Translations under genes and position numbers: made by a program
Shown: one piece after another, positions 26,513 to 40,261 of the stretch
How the letters are laid out: each line of letters begins with the position of its first letter
Position numbering within the stretch: position 1 is the stretch's first letter
Notes under the pieces: model-generated
Told to the model about the DNA's origin: nothing
Databases searched by the model: none
What the model saw: the letters and a program-made list of their open reading frames with translations, nothing else
Assembly: GCA_964016885.1 (NCBI GenBank)
Contig: OZ024741.1
Coordinates: forward strand, 321,346,001-321,410,000
Direction: 5' to 3'
Length of the DNA: 64,000 nt
DNA from: Eledone cirrhosa
Lineage: Eukaryota

Positions 26513-26699
26513 CAAATTTGATACTTCTACAAACATTGAGTCGTTTCACAATTAAATGTTTGATATTATTTGTCACTTAACAATATCTACATTGTGAGAT
26601 TTGCTTGGCATTCACTGTTTTTTTTCTTCATGGTCACGTGGCACCTATTTATTTTCATGTGGACCGTTGATCTGCTACTGCTGCTGTCTCAGAATGTTG

Positions 26700-27020
26700 T
26701 TATTCGCCTAATTGTGATCAGAGATCAGTGTTCAGTTTCTAGGGCTCACCACGAGGAGGTTGACAAACAGGAGCTTCAGGTGCGGAGAGTTAGCTGGCAA
26801 TAGACATCTCGATCTTCCTAACTGAATGTGAACCCTAATACAGCCTTGATCCCAGACACTAACCCCTCTAGGTGTCCCAGAATCGGTTTTGCAAAGGTAC
26901 TGGTCGATTCAAAGCATTCATGCACCACTGGGGGCTGCGTCTATCAGTAGCTTGCCTCTGTGGTTCACCAGAGGAAATTGCTGAATATATACTAAGTGTG
27001 TGCCCGGATCACTGCCCACT
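26700..27020 (+). mobile_element. Vingi/Ingi-like LINE C-terminal fragment
   Basis: NRFCKGTGRFKAFMHHWG...CLCG..E..EYILSVCP zinc-knuckle region. Confidence 0.6.
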
Positions 27021-27366
27021 TAAATATAGGATCTCACATACCCCAATCCCACTACCGTGAGCTGTTTACAACGCCTAAGAGACATCACACAATTGTAGCA
27101 GTCTCATACGCAACAAAATATGGACCGTATTTCGATATATATTATCTACTTACAGATAAAGAAGCTCTACCGCTCTTTGGTGCCTTTTTACAGTTAGGTG
27201 AACAATACCTTCCTGAGATATATACAACAGGCAGCATGTTGAATCACTGAAAGTTGAATGCTTTCTTTTGAGACAATATACTTATTTCCCAGAGACAAAG
27301 TTGTAGAATTTATCATTAGCTTCCCCACCACTCAAATAACGACCAAGCTTGTTCAACTGCAAATGT

Positions 27367-27577
27367 TTAACCCTTTTGATACCAATCTGCCTGAAACCGC
27401 CCTGAATTTAGGATACAAAACAGTTCGTTCTATTTTTTGTATATATTTTAGAAATTGTTTTTCAGTAATGTTCTAAATGTAAGCTTACTAATTAGAAACT
27501 TGTTTATCTTATTAAATACCTCGAAATCTGTGGTTATTTTCAAAATTAATTGAAACACATAGGCAGTAATGGGTTAA
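27367..27577. mobile_element. piggyBac-like MITE
   Basis: TTAA-CCC...GGG-TTAA termini; the right end is duplicated to 27597. Confidence 0.55.
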
Positions 27578-28619
27578 CATAGACGGTAATGGGTTAACAT
27601 TCATTCTTTCACTTTCTTTCACTTCGTTCCTAAAAAGCCTATAAATTTTGAAAAATCCAGTAATTTACCCTAAAAAGATTTTCTTTTTATGAAAAGAAAA
27701 TCTTTTTCGGGGATATGTGTGAGCATATCCACCTTCCTAAAATCAGAATTCATAAACGTAGAATGTTTTTACATGATAACGTTTAATGTTTACTGACTAA
27801 CCATATAGAAATATACCACCAGAGACTTCATATCATTCTCTCTCTGAATCAGCTTGACACAGTGTGTCAAGATTGCAGTTTTGTATTGCAAGATTCTGTT
27901 TAAAATAATAGAGATATCTCTCAGGGTCGATAAAATAAAGTACCAGTAATGAACTGGGTAATTGCTGGCCTTGTGCCTACAGTAGAAACAAATATTCTTA
28001 TTGACCAAAACCTAAACGGATATGTTTCGAACATATCTTCGATAGAGCATAATTCACTGGTTAAGCAATTTAAAATAAAGGTATTGGTAAAAAGTTGCCT
28101 TCTGCATGAATAGCATTTAGTTAAGGGTGGTGCTAACTACAGCAGTTATGGTGGAGAACTGAAAATAAGTTTTAATCAGTTGGAATTATAGACGCAATAA
28201 AAGGAAATGATAGAAACGTTAATAAAAATTAATCTCAAAAGACAATAACTTAAATTAAGATATATAAGGTCGTGATTTGGATTTTGGTAGTAATTATGAC
28301 AACTCTGTTTTTATAATTTTTATAATTATTGTATATTTGTATATTCTCTTCTTATTTTTCTTCTTTACTTCCATTCCGTAGTATATCAGTCTGTTAGCTT
28401 CCCTACCCAATCCTTGTCCATTTCTGGAGAAAGCAACGTAATGAATGGTCGCCAATGATCCTTCTCAAGGGACGGTGTAGCTTATTGCGAGCTAAAAAAA
28501 AGGATAAATATCCCATAACTTCTTGTGGAGTCGTAGAGGCACCACCATACGGTGTGTCTAGAGCACATTTAACCCGGCGGATCCCAACCCTCTCCAGGTC
28601 TGAACACAGTCGTTTTTTT

Positions 28620-28806
28620 CTATAGGGGAAGAATCGACCCCAGTACTAGAGTGGTACTTTTTTTATCGACCTCGAAAGGATGAAAGGCAAAGTTGACCCC
28701 GATGGGATTTGAACTCAGAACATGTAATGGGGTGGGAGGAATACCGTAAAGCATTCTATCCGACGTCTTAACGACTCTGCCAATTCGCCGGCCGCCATAC
28801 ATATAC

Positions 28807-28841
<35 letters not shown>

Positions 28842-29060
28842 ATTAGAAAGACAAAGTACTGACAGTGTCAGACAAAATGGTTCCTCTATTTAATTCTGAC
28901 TCTTTACATTCTGAGTTCAAATTCCGTCAAGGTTAGCTTTGCCTCTCATCCTTATGGGGTTGATAGAATAAAGTACCATTAATGTACTGGAGTCGAATTA
29001 ATCGACTTTCCCTTCCCCAAAAATTGTTGACCTTTTGCCTAAATCAGAAACCATTATTAC
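28620..29060. mobile_element. Two divergently oriented Meta-core SINEs (28620-28797 minus, 28845-29060 plus)
   Basis: Each has a B-box and Meta core. Confidence 0.8.
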
Positions 29061-29094
29061 ATAGATATTTCGATTTCATAGATATATTTTAAAT

Positions 29095-29490
29095 ATTTTA
29101 AGCGGTCGAAATGGAGTTCCTCCGAATGGTCTTTTGAGTAATGTTGCTCAATAGAGTGAATAACTCGGAGATCAGAGAGTCACTATAGGTAGAGCTGCTA
29201 TTTCTCCGAATTGAGAGATCACAGCTCCGATACAATGGGCATGTTGTTAGAATGTCTCAGGAAAGAATCGCTGGACAGATTTTACGGGTAAAACCAACCG
29301 ACAGGAGACCCAGGTGTAGACCTTGAGAAAGATGGTTGGATAACATCCATGAGCTTGGCTGGTCATGCTTGAAGATCCAGCCGAATCAGTTGGAGACGGT
29401 TGCTTCTGACAGGACCCGCTGGAAGGTGTGTTTAAGGACTCTGCCCCACGACCCTCACAGGATTAAGTTGGCCAAGAGGAAGATGAATAT
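29095..29490 (+). mobile_element. RTE LINE 3' fragment
   Basis: Collinear homology with 1370-1752. Confidence 0.8.
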
Positions 29491-31242
29491 AGATATATTT
29501 TGATACCTGTCTTCGAATTATATAATGTCTTCACTTCCAGCAAGCACCCAACGTGCACATGTGTTCCAATGTTAAATATTTTTTATTGAATAGATGTTAC
29601 ATTTCTGTTTTCAAACTACATTTATCGATGAAATTCAATTAATATTCTAAACTCGTTTCTTATTAACTGTTCAGTTTCTTTGCAAGGGAGAGAAGTCTTG
29701 CTAGAAATTTATTCTCTCGTTAATTAAATAAGAAACACCATGCTTTTTTCTTAATATTTAATTTAATTACATTTCAACTACAATATTCAGTTTCTTAGTA
29801 TCCATAAACAAGACTGCTTTACATGGTTGTTTCTCGTTGCTACAAACTAATTAGATGTACATTAATTACATTATAATTGTTAAGAATTGGAAAAGTAAAA
29901 ACTCGAAATTGATAGAGAAATTTAGAAATATTTGATACAAATATTTGAGAAAAATTGATGTGGTTCATAGTTCCTTTCAGATCAAGTAAAGAGGAAAGCG
30001 AATTTAAATTGGTATGCAGATTTATAGATTCTTGAAAACAACTCCACATATGTCTTCTCCTGCTGTGAGGCCATTTTTCAATAGTGCTGAAGTTGACAGA
30101 GAGAATTTTCATTCTAGACATTCACTGCGTGTGGTGCAACAAGAGGCGTCTTTCCCCCCACATGTTCGATTGGCATTCGTTTCTTATATAATAATTAGTT
30201 TCTTAAACCATTAACTTTCCGTGTAGTCTTCATTAATATATTTTTCGAATATTTCATTCAAATTACTGATCTTGAACGAAATATAACCTCTAAGTCATAC
30301 ATCAACCGATTAAATATAGCAACCAAATCTGAACACTTTCTTGTCATTGTCCTCATGAAATTTCACTAATTCAACTACATTTCATTTTCAGCGTGCTTTT
30401 ATAAACGCTTCATTTCTACGAGTCTTTTCGATTCACAGATCAAATCATTCTTTAAAAGACAGATCGTTATTCAGTAATAGAATTATATTAAAACCAGATT
30501 TTCTTACTTTAAGGGTCGAAAGTGCCTGGCCTGTGCTGATTCAGCAATTTTTTACTCCACCTATCTCACTGAATATTCTACTCGGTCAATGGAAGGAGGG
30601 TCGAAAGAGTGTGTCTCTGCTTGTATCTACATGAGGATCTGAAACCATTGACAAAAGTTTGATACATGTTAACTAGTCAAGATCCTGTGACCACAACATG
30701 GAATTCTCATTCTCCGTGGTAAATAAACTTTCGTAATACAGAAATAAAAGCACATAATTATTATAACTATATTTGACAAAATTTAAAGAGGAACGTAATG
30801 CATATTATTCATTGAAATATTAGTCACTAATCTCAGTCTATCTTGGTATATTTGGTTTCTATTTTATTCCGAATTTAAATATGATTTTAATATTCTATTC
30901 ACATTTCAACTGTAACATTTAGTTAAGAATCTCGTATCAGAATCTAAATATTGCTAGATATAAAATTTGATATAGATAAATTGAGACACGCAGGAGTCAG
31001 AAATATATACAATTGAACAATTATTCAAAGAGTGAATAAAATTCTGAAATAAAATCATTCTATTTCCTATCATTCTATCTCATGGGACGGTTTAATATCT
31101 AAACATCAGTCATCAAAGACATTACAGAAATTCTCTTCAGTAAATTAAAAGAAAGTAAGACTAATATTATGGAAATAATATAGATACGTGTTGGCAGGGT
31201 TTAAGACGAAATATATTGGTATATTCAGCCTTCATAAAATGT

Positions 31243-31352
<110 letters not shown>

Positions 31353-31799
31353 TGCGTGAGTCTGTGTGTATGTGAGTGGGCGTGTGTTGTGTATGTATGT
31401 GTGCGTCTGTGGGGGGGGGGGGGCATGTGTGTGTTCTTGTTATCATTTTTATTATTACTTTTATTTTCGTTTGATTTTCATTTTATTTCATCTTTCGGTC
31501 GAGTCTCAAACAGAGACCTAAGTCACGTATACATTAGATGGAGAGAAACTTCCTGAGAAGGTGAGTGGCTGATGTCAGCATAATTTTTTAACTTCGTAGA
31601 TTATTGGTTTCCCTTGGATCTGGTCAAAGAAATTGTCAGTACCTTTCTTCTTGATCATTCGCAGGGCACTGCAAGATGCAGTCTTGACACACTGTGTCAA
31701 GCTGATTCGAGAGAGAATTATATTAAGGGTACTCGTATGTTTCTATATAATCAGTTAACATATCGAAATCTTGGGCTTTACGTCGGTAGCGATTTCAGA

Positions 31800-32170
31800 T
31801 GATAGCATAAAGCCATGTACGAGGTGCGAAACCAAGAAAGACAAATCATAAAATACTTTAGAAAATATAACTCGGTGATAACTCGGTGATCATTTCTGAG
31901 AAAAGTAAACATTAGTAACGGAGTATCTGAAATCGACAACGGTTTACTAACATCTTATGAGATTTCCAAGATAATTACAAAATCTAGCAAGCTGCATAAT
32001 AGTGGTGTAACATTAATTTTGCCTTCAATGTCTGCTGTGATTTCAACTGTCATAAAGCGACTGCACATAAAATTACCAACGTCGTATATTTCAGCAATTC
32101 ATCAGTATGGAAGCGCATTGATCAAATGATTGAGAATATATGACAAACAAAAACAAAAAGAACTAGGCAA
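31800..32170 (+). pseudogene. hAT (Buster/Charlie-type) transposase relic
   Basis: NGLLTSYEISKIITKSSKLHNSGVTLILP, then frameshifted SNSSVWKRIDQM, matching the ASY..IAK.GKPH.IGE.LILP...LSN..V.RRI motif. Confidence 0.7.
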
Positions 32171-32567
32171 TTGCAAGCCAAGCAGGCTACCCACCACATC
32201 GGTGAATCTATTGTATGTGATAATAGAACCTTTCTGATGTATATTAGATTTTTTATGGTAATCAATCGGTATTTTACTTGATTTTCCCAATTATTATTTA
32301 TAGTCATTGACTATTATTATTGTTATGTTCCAGGTGCTTCTTAAGTCAACATTAAAAAGATGTGGTTAACACACTCACCCGACATCGGAGTGATGCGGGA
32401 TTCGATTCTCCGCAGAAACCCCTGTCCACCTTTTTTCCCGTCTCCTGAGGTACTTTATACGATATTCTCAACTGTTATATATTATGATCACCTATTGTTA
32501 TGGTCATTTGTATCCGGAAGACTAGATATCGGATTTAAATATCCCCAATGCTTCTCGTATCGACCAG

Positions 32568-32665
<98 letters not shown>

Positions 32666-32811
32666 AGAGAGAAAGAGAGAGAGAGAGGGAGAGAGAGAGA
32701 GATGTCTGACTTTTAGATTCAATGCCAATCTCTACATAATTCATCATATGTCTTTTCTAGTTCCTTCTCACCATCCTAATTACCCATTATCTAACTACCA
32801 ACAACATACTA

Positions 32812-32917
<106 letters not shown>

Positions 32918-33059
32918 GCTTCCGTTTTACGTCACTCCTTGGGGTACACAAATGTATGTCAATTAGTGAAACACGACCAGCTTTCCATCCACCGCTGCCA
33001 CCACACCGCCGCTAATAATGACAAGATCAACAACATTTCTGCATTCAATACCGCCGTTG

Positions 33060-34445
33060 CCAACGTACCCATCACCACCGCTGTTGCCAAGGTAACCATC
33101 TCTACAGCCGTTGCCAAGGTAAGCGTCTCCACCACCACTGCCTAGGTAACCGTCTCCACCACCGCTGACAACTTATCCATCACCACCGCCGTTGCCAAAG
33201 TAACTATCTCCACCGCCGTTGCCAAGGTACCATCTCCACCACTACTGCCAAGGTAACCATCTCCACCACCGCTGCCTAGGTAACCATCTCAAGCACCACT
33301 GCCTAGGTGACCATCTCCACCACCACTGCCAAGGTAACCATCACCACCACTGCCAAGGTAACCATCTCCACCACCACTGCCTAGGTAACCATCTCCACCA
33401 CCACTGCCTAGGTAACCATCTCCACCACCACTGCCTAGGTAACCATCTCCACCACCACTGCCTAGGTAACCATCACCACCACTGCCAAGGTAACCATCTC
33501 CATCACCTCTGCCTAGGTAACCATCTCCACCACCACTGCCTAGGTAACCATCTTCACCACCACTGCCTAGGTAACCATCTCCACCACCGCTGCCTAGGTA
33601 ACCATCTCAAGCACCACTGCCTAGGTAACCATCTCCATCACCTCTGCCTAGGTAACCATCTCCACCACCACTGCCTAGGTAACCATCACCACCACTGCCA
33701 AGGTAACCATCTCCACCACCACTGCCTAGGTAACCATCTCCACCATCACTGCCTAGGTAACCATCTCCACCACCACTGCCAAGGTAACCATCTCCATCAC
33801 CTCTGCCTAGGTAACCATCTCCACCACCACTGCCTAGGTAACCATCTCAAGCACCACTGCCAAGGTAACCATCTCCACCACCACTGCCTAGGTAACCATC
33901 TCCACCACCACTGCCAAGGTAACTATCTCCACCACCACTGCCTAGGTAACCATCACCACCACTGCCAAGGTAACCATCTCCACCACAACTGCCTAGGTAA
34001 CCATCTCCACCACCGCAGCCTAGGTAACCATCTCAAGCACCACTGCCAAGGTAACCATCTCCACGACCACTGCCTAGGTAACCATCTCCACCACAACTGC
34101 CTAGGTAACCATCTCCACCACCACCACTGCCTAGGTAACCATCTCCACCACCACTGCCAAGGTAACCATCTCCACCACCACTGCCTAGGTAACCAACCCA
34201 CCACCACTGCCTAGTTAACCATCTCAAGCACCACTGCCTAGGTAACCATCTCCACCACCACTGCCTAGGTAACCATCTCCACCACCACTGCCTAGGTAAC
34301 CATCTCCACCACCACTGCCTAGGTAACCATCTCCACCACCACTGCCTAGGTAACCATCTCCACCACCACTGCCTAGGTAACCATCTCCACCACCACTGCC
34401 AAGGTAACCATCTCCACCACCACTGCCTAGGTAACCAACCCACCA
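33060..34445. repeat. 27-bp minisatellite (GGTAACCATCTCCACCACCACTGCC[T/A]A)
   Basis: About 50 units, degenerate at the left edge. Confidence 0.95.
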
Positions 34446-37400
34446 CCACATTACTACAACCACCTCTCTACCAGAAACACCGCATTACCACAACCACCAC
34501 ACTACCCACCATCAGACTACCACAACCACCACACTACCCCAACCATCACACTACCTCAAACACCACACTACCCCAACCATCACACTACCACAACAACCAC
34601 ACTACCACAACCACCAAACTACCTCCACCACCACACTACCAAAACCACCACACTACCACAACCACCACACTACCACAACCACCACTCTACCACAGCCACC
34701 GCACTACCACAACCACCACACTACCACAACCACCAGTCTACCACAACCACCACACTACCACAACCACCACTCTACCACAACCACCACTCTACCACAACCA
34801 CCACACTACCACAACCACCAGTCTACCACAACCACCACTCTACCCCAACCACCACACTACCACAACCACTACTCAACCCCAACCACCACTCTACCAAAAC
34901 CACCACACCCACCACAACCACCACACTACCACAACCACCACTCAACCACAGACACCGCACTACCACAACCACCACACTACCCCAACCACCACTTTACCCC
35001 AACCACCACACTACCACAACCACCACACTACCACAACCACCACTCTACCACAACCACCACTCTACCAAAACCACCACACAACCACAACCACCACTCTACC
35101 CCAACCACCACACTACCACAACCACCACTCTACCACAACCACCACTCTACCCCAACCACCACACTACCACAACCACCACTCTACCACAACCACCACTCTA
35201 CCACAACCACCACACTACCCCAACCACCACAATACCACAACCAGCACACTACCACAACCACCACACTACCCCAACCATCACACTACCACAACCACCACAC
35301 TACCACAACCACCACACTACCACAACCACCACACTACCACAACCACTACTCTACCCCAACCACCCCTCTACCCCAACCACCACACTACCCCAACCACCAC
35401 TTTACCCCAACCACCACACTACCACAACCACCACACTACCACAACCACCACTCTACCACAACCACCACTCTACCCCAACCACCACACTACCACAACCACC
35501 ACTCTACCACAACCACCACTCTACCACAACCACCACACTACCCCCAACCACCACAATACCACAACCACCACACTATCACAACCACCACACTACCCCAACC
35601 ACCACACTACCACAACCACCACACTACCCCAACCATCACACTACCTCAACCACCACACTACCCCAACCATCACACTACCACAACCACCACACTACCACAA
35701 CCACTATTCTACCCCAACCACCCCTCTACCCCAACCACCACACTACCCCAACCACCACTTTACCCCAACCACCACACTACCACAACCACCACTCTACCAC
35801 AACCACCACTCTACCACAACCACCACACTACCCTAGCCAACACTCTACCCCAAGCACCACACTACCAAAACCACCACACTACCCCAACCACCACTCTACC
35901 AAAACCACCACACAACCACAACCACCACACTACCCCAACCACCACACTACCAAAACCACCACACTACCACAACCACCAGTCTACCACAACCACCACACTA
36001 CCACAACCACCACACTACCACAACCACCACACTACCCCAACCACCACTCTACCCCAACCACCACACTACCACACCACTACTCAACCACAACCACCACACT
36101 ACCCCAACCACCACACTACCAAAACCACCACACTACCACAACCACCAGTCTACCACAACCACCACACTACCACAACCACCACACTACCAAAACCACCACT
36201 CTACCCCAACCACCACACTTCCCCAACCACCACACTACCACAACCACCACACTACCACAACCACTACTCAACCCCAACCACCACATACCACAACCACCAC
36301 TCTACCCCAACCACCACACTTCCCCAACCACCACACTACCACAACCACCACACTACCACAACCACTACTCTACCACAACCACCACACTACCACAACCACT
36401 ACTCAACCCCAACCACCCCTCTACCAAAACCACCACACTACTCCAACCACCACACTACCACAACCACCAGTCTACCACAACCACCAGTCTACCACAACCA
36501 CTACTCAACCCCAACCACCACTCTACCCCAACCACCACTCTACCACAGACACCACACTACCACAACCACCAGTCTACCACAACCACCACTCTACCACAGC
36601 CACCGCACTACCACAACCACCAGTCTACCACAACCACCACTCTACCACAGCAACCGCACTACCACAACCACCAGTCTACCACAACCACCACACTACCACA
36701 ACCACCACACTACCAAAACCACCACACTACCACAACCACCACACTACCACATCCACCAGTCTACCACAACCACCACACTACCCCAACCACCACTCTACCA
36801 CAACCACCACTCTACCCCAACCACCACACTACCCCAACCACCACACTACCACAACCACCACACTACCACAACCACCACACTACCCCAACCACCACACTAC
36901 CACATCCACCAGTTTACCACAACCACCACACTACCCCAACCACCATACTACCACAACCACCACACTACCCCAACCACCACTCTACCACAACCACCACACT
37001 ACCACAACCCCCACACTACCACAACCACCACACTACCACAACCCCCACACTACCACAACCACCACACTACGACCACCACCACTCTACCCCAACCAACACT
37101 CTACCACAACCACCACTCTACCACAACCACCACACTACCCCAACCACCACTCTACCACAACCACCACTCTACCACAACCAACACACTACCCCAACCACCA
37201 CTCTACCACAACCACCACTCTACCACAACCACCACACTACCCCAACCACCACTCTACCACAACCACCACACTTCCCCAACCACCACTCTACCCCAACCAC
37301 CACACTACCCCAACCACCACTCTACCACAACCACCACACTACCACAACCACCACACTACCCCAACACCACTCTACCACAATCACCACACTACCACAACCC

Positions 37401-37460
37401 CCACACTACCACAACCACCACACTACCACCACCACCACTCTACCCCAACCACCACTCTAC
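34446..37460. repeat. 17-bp minisatellite (ACCACAACCACCAC[A/T]CT)
   Basis: About 3 kb array with extreme C/A strand bias. Confidence 0.95.
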
Positions 37461-37760
37461 TACCTTCACTAGCATCATCATCAACAACATCACAATCAAC
37501 ACCACCATCATTATCACCATTGCTAACAACAACCACCACTATCAGCCCTATAACATCAACACTATCACCATCAGCATCATCATCATCAACAGCACTAACA
37601 TCAATACCACTAACTTTAAAATACACAATCCTGTTAATTCAATTGTGACTTAATGCGTTCATCAAATGTACATCCGGCTGCATGGTTTCTCTAACATCAT
37701 CTCCACACATTGTGTGTGACATATAGTATATCTATTTATATATATACATATATATGTTTG

Positions 37761-37844
<84 letters not shown>

Positions 37845-37852
<8 letters not shown>

Positions 37853-38346
37853 GATATCCACAGTAAATTGTGGGGTCTATTCTGCATGAAGAACTCGATG
37901 TAATCCATATGTTGAAAATGTTGGAGGTTAAGATAAATCCCGGAAAACAATAAAACATTAAAAGGAAAACAGAGTCATGATATAAGTTAAAACAATGAAA
38001 TAAAAAATCAAGTCATTAGCGATATTCTTCACTGCTTTACGATCGTTTTTAGGTGATAATAATACATTGTAGCTATACTCCGTTATTGATCTATGTAAGG
38101 TTAGTTACAAAATATCAGATAAAGAGAATATTTACTTACAAAAGCAATAAATTATTATTGCTTTTGAAAACAGCTGGTGATATGCATGTAAGTAAATATT
38201 CTCTTTATCTGATATTTTGTAACTAACCTTACATAGATCAATAACGGAGTATAGCTACAATGTATTTTCATCATCTAGAAACGATCGTAAAGCAGTGAAG
38301 TATATCTCTAATGACTTGATTTTTTATTTCATTGTTTTAACTTATG

Positions 38347-38350
<4 letters not shown>
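37845..38350. mobile_element. PLE terminal hairpin (family D) with decayed long-stem-II hammerhead
   Basis: Arms 37981-38140 and 38187-38345 with a left tail. GAAAC-gatc-GTA-aagca lies at 38278-38294. Confidence 0.75.
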
Positions 38351-38392
<42 letters not shown>

Positions 38393-38726
38393 CATAAGAC
38401 ACTAAACACTATACACACACGCAGGCGCAGAGACAGAGACAAGAAGAAATAATTAAATAAATTAAAATAAAAAAGTGTAGACATACAATACAACAGGAGG
38501 AAACACAATAGTACCACTGATGATGTTGCAGATGTGCAACAAAAGAACTTTGATAGACTATATATATATTTATATCTGTATTTTTAACCGCGTATGATAA
38601 ACATTGATTGCCAAATAAATTAACTATAGAGATATAAAACATACATGGACACGTACGAGAGTTATAATAAACGCCGGCTAAACTGATGCGTGCATATATG
38701 TATGTGTACCTGTATGCATGTGTGTA

Positions 38727-38775
<49 letters not shown>

Positions 38776-39013
38776 GCATGCTACTGTACGTCTGTATACA
38801 TATATGTATGTACGTATACATACATACTTACATTTAAGTAAGTGCCATACTAAGAGTGAGAAATGAAATTTCGTTTTCATTTTTTTTCAACTTATCGTTT
38901 TCGGTATGCCTGACCGATTTAACTCACTCAATATGCAAATTAGGCTGCTCAGCCGTTAAATTTCATAAGGAAAGTATATACTTTCGAACGTTCAACTATC
39001 TGGCAGATGGGTA

Positions 39014-39058
39014 AACGGTGCTGATGATAGCTAACAAGCTTGAAACTAGTACATCGTT
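39014..39058 (+). ncRNA. Minimal type I hammerhead ribozyme, intact
   Basis: aacggtg-CTGATGA-t-agct(aaca)agct-t-GAAA-ctag-TA-catcgtt. Confidence 0.9.
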
Positions 39059-39235
39059 CCTGTGTCAGTGTTGAACAAAAAGGTGACGTGGTTGCCTTAA
39101 CACCGTATGGCATAAATTCAGGCTGTTCGCTTTGTTGACAAACAAACGAACAAAGCGGCCGGCGTTATAATAAACGCCGGCTAAACTGATGCGTGCATAT
39201 ATGTATGTGTACCTGTATGCATGTGTGTATATATG

Positions 39236-39274
<39 letters not shown>

Positions 39275-39512
39275 GCATGCTACTGTACGTCTGTATACAT
39301 ATATGTATGTACGTATACATACATACTTACATTTAAGTAAGTGCCATACTAAGAGTGAGAAATGAAATTTCGTTTTCATTTTTTTTCAACTTATCGTTTT
39401 CGGTATGCCTGACCGATTTAACTCACTCAATATGCAAATTAGGCTGCTCAGCCGTTAATTTTCATAAGGAAAGTATATACTTTCGAACGTTCAACTATCT
39501 GGCAGATGGGTA

Positions 39513-39557
39513 AACGGTGCTGATGATAGCTAACAAGCTTGAAACTAGTACATCGTT
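39513..39557 (+). ncRNA. Minimal type I hammerhead ribozyme, second tandem copy
   Basis: Identical to 39014-39058. Confidence 0.9.
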
Positions 39558-39734
39558 CCTGTGTCAGTGTTGAACAAAAAGGTGACGTGGTTGCCTTAAC
39601 ACCGTATGGCATAAATTCAGGCTGTTCGCTTTGTTGACAAACAAACGAACAAAGCGGCCGGCGTTATAATAAACGCCGGCTAAACTGATGCGTGCATATA
39701 TGTATGTGTACCTGTATGCATGTGTGTATATATG

Positions 39735-39775
<41 letters not shown>

Positions 39776-40202
39776 GCATGCTACTGTACGTCTGTATACA
39801 TATATGTATGTACGTATACATACATACTTACATTTAAGTAAGTGCCATACTAAGAGTGAGAAATGAAATTTCGTTTTCATTTTTTTTCAACTTATATATA
39901 TATATATATATATATATACATACAGGCACACATATATATATATGCACGTATCAGTTTACCGAACATTTATTATAATGCTCGGTTTGTTCGTTTGTAAACA
40001 AACAAACAGCCTGAATTACGCCGTACATGTGTGCCTGTATGTATATATATACATGCTACTGTACGTCTGTATACATATATGTATGTACGTATACATACAT
40101 ACTTACATTTAAGTAAGTGCCGTACTAAGAGTGAGAAATGAAATTTCGTTTCATTCTATTCCATTTATATATATATATACGAGATATACTCTCGTATGCG
40201 TG

Positions 40203-40261
<59 letters not shown>

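Larger units (their letters stand above)
38661..39893 (+). mobile_element. Tandem ~499-bp hammerhead-bearing units (retrozyme-like), 2.5 copies
   Basis: Near-identical units start at 38661, 39164 and 39663, with no ORF. A diverged relative lies at 39920-40165. Confidence 0.85.

Noticed and set aside
30508-30638. Minus-strand exon candidate with good acceptor and donor
   Set aside because: Stops occur in all three frames. It could be a non-coding exon, but this cannot be supported without transcripts.
31513-31760. Plus-strand donor AAG|gtgagt and a downstream acceptor
   Set aside because: It yields only a short peptide, and the downstream part is repeated at 27790.
33219-34214. 331-aa His/Cys-rich ORF (and Gly-rich antisense ORFs)
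   Set aside because: A by-product of a 27-bp (multiple of 3) minisatellite. It has a non-ATG start and no unique coding flanks or splice sites.
33060-37460. CRISPR-like or telomeric array
   Set aside because: There are no unique spacers and no TTAGGG units, and the context is eukaryotic.
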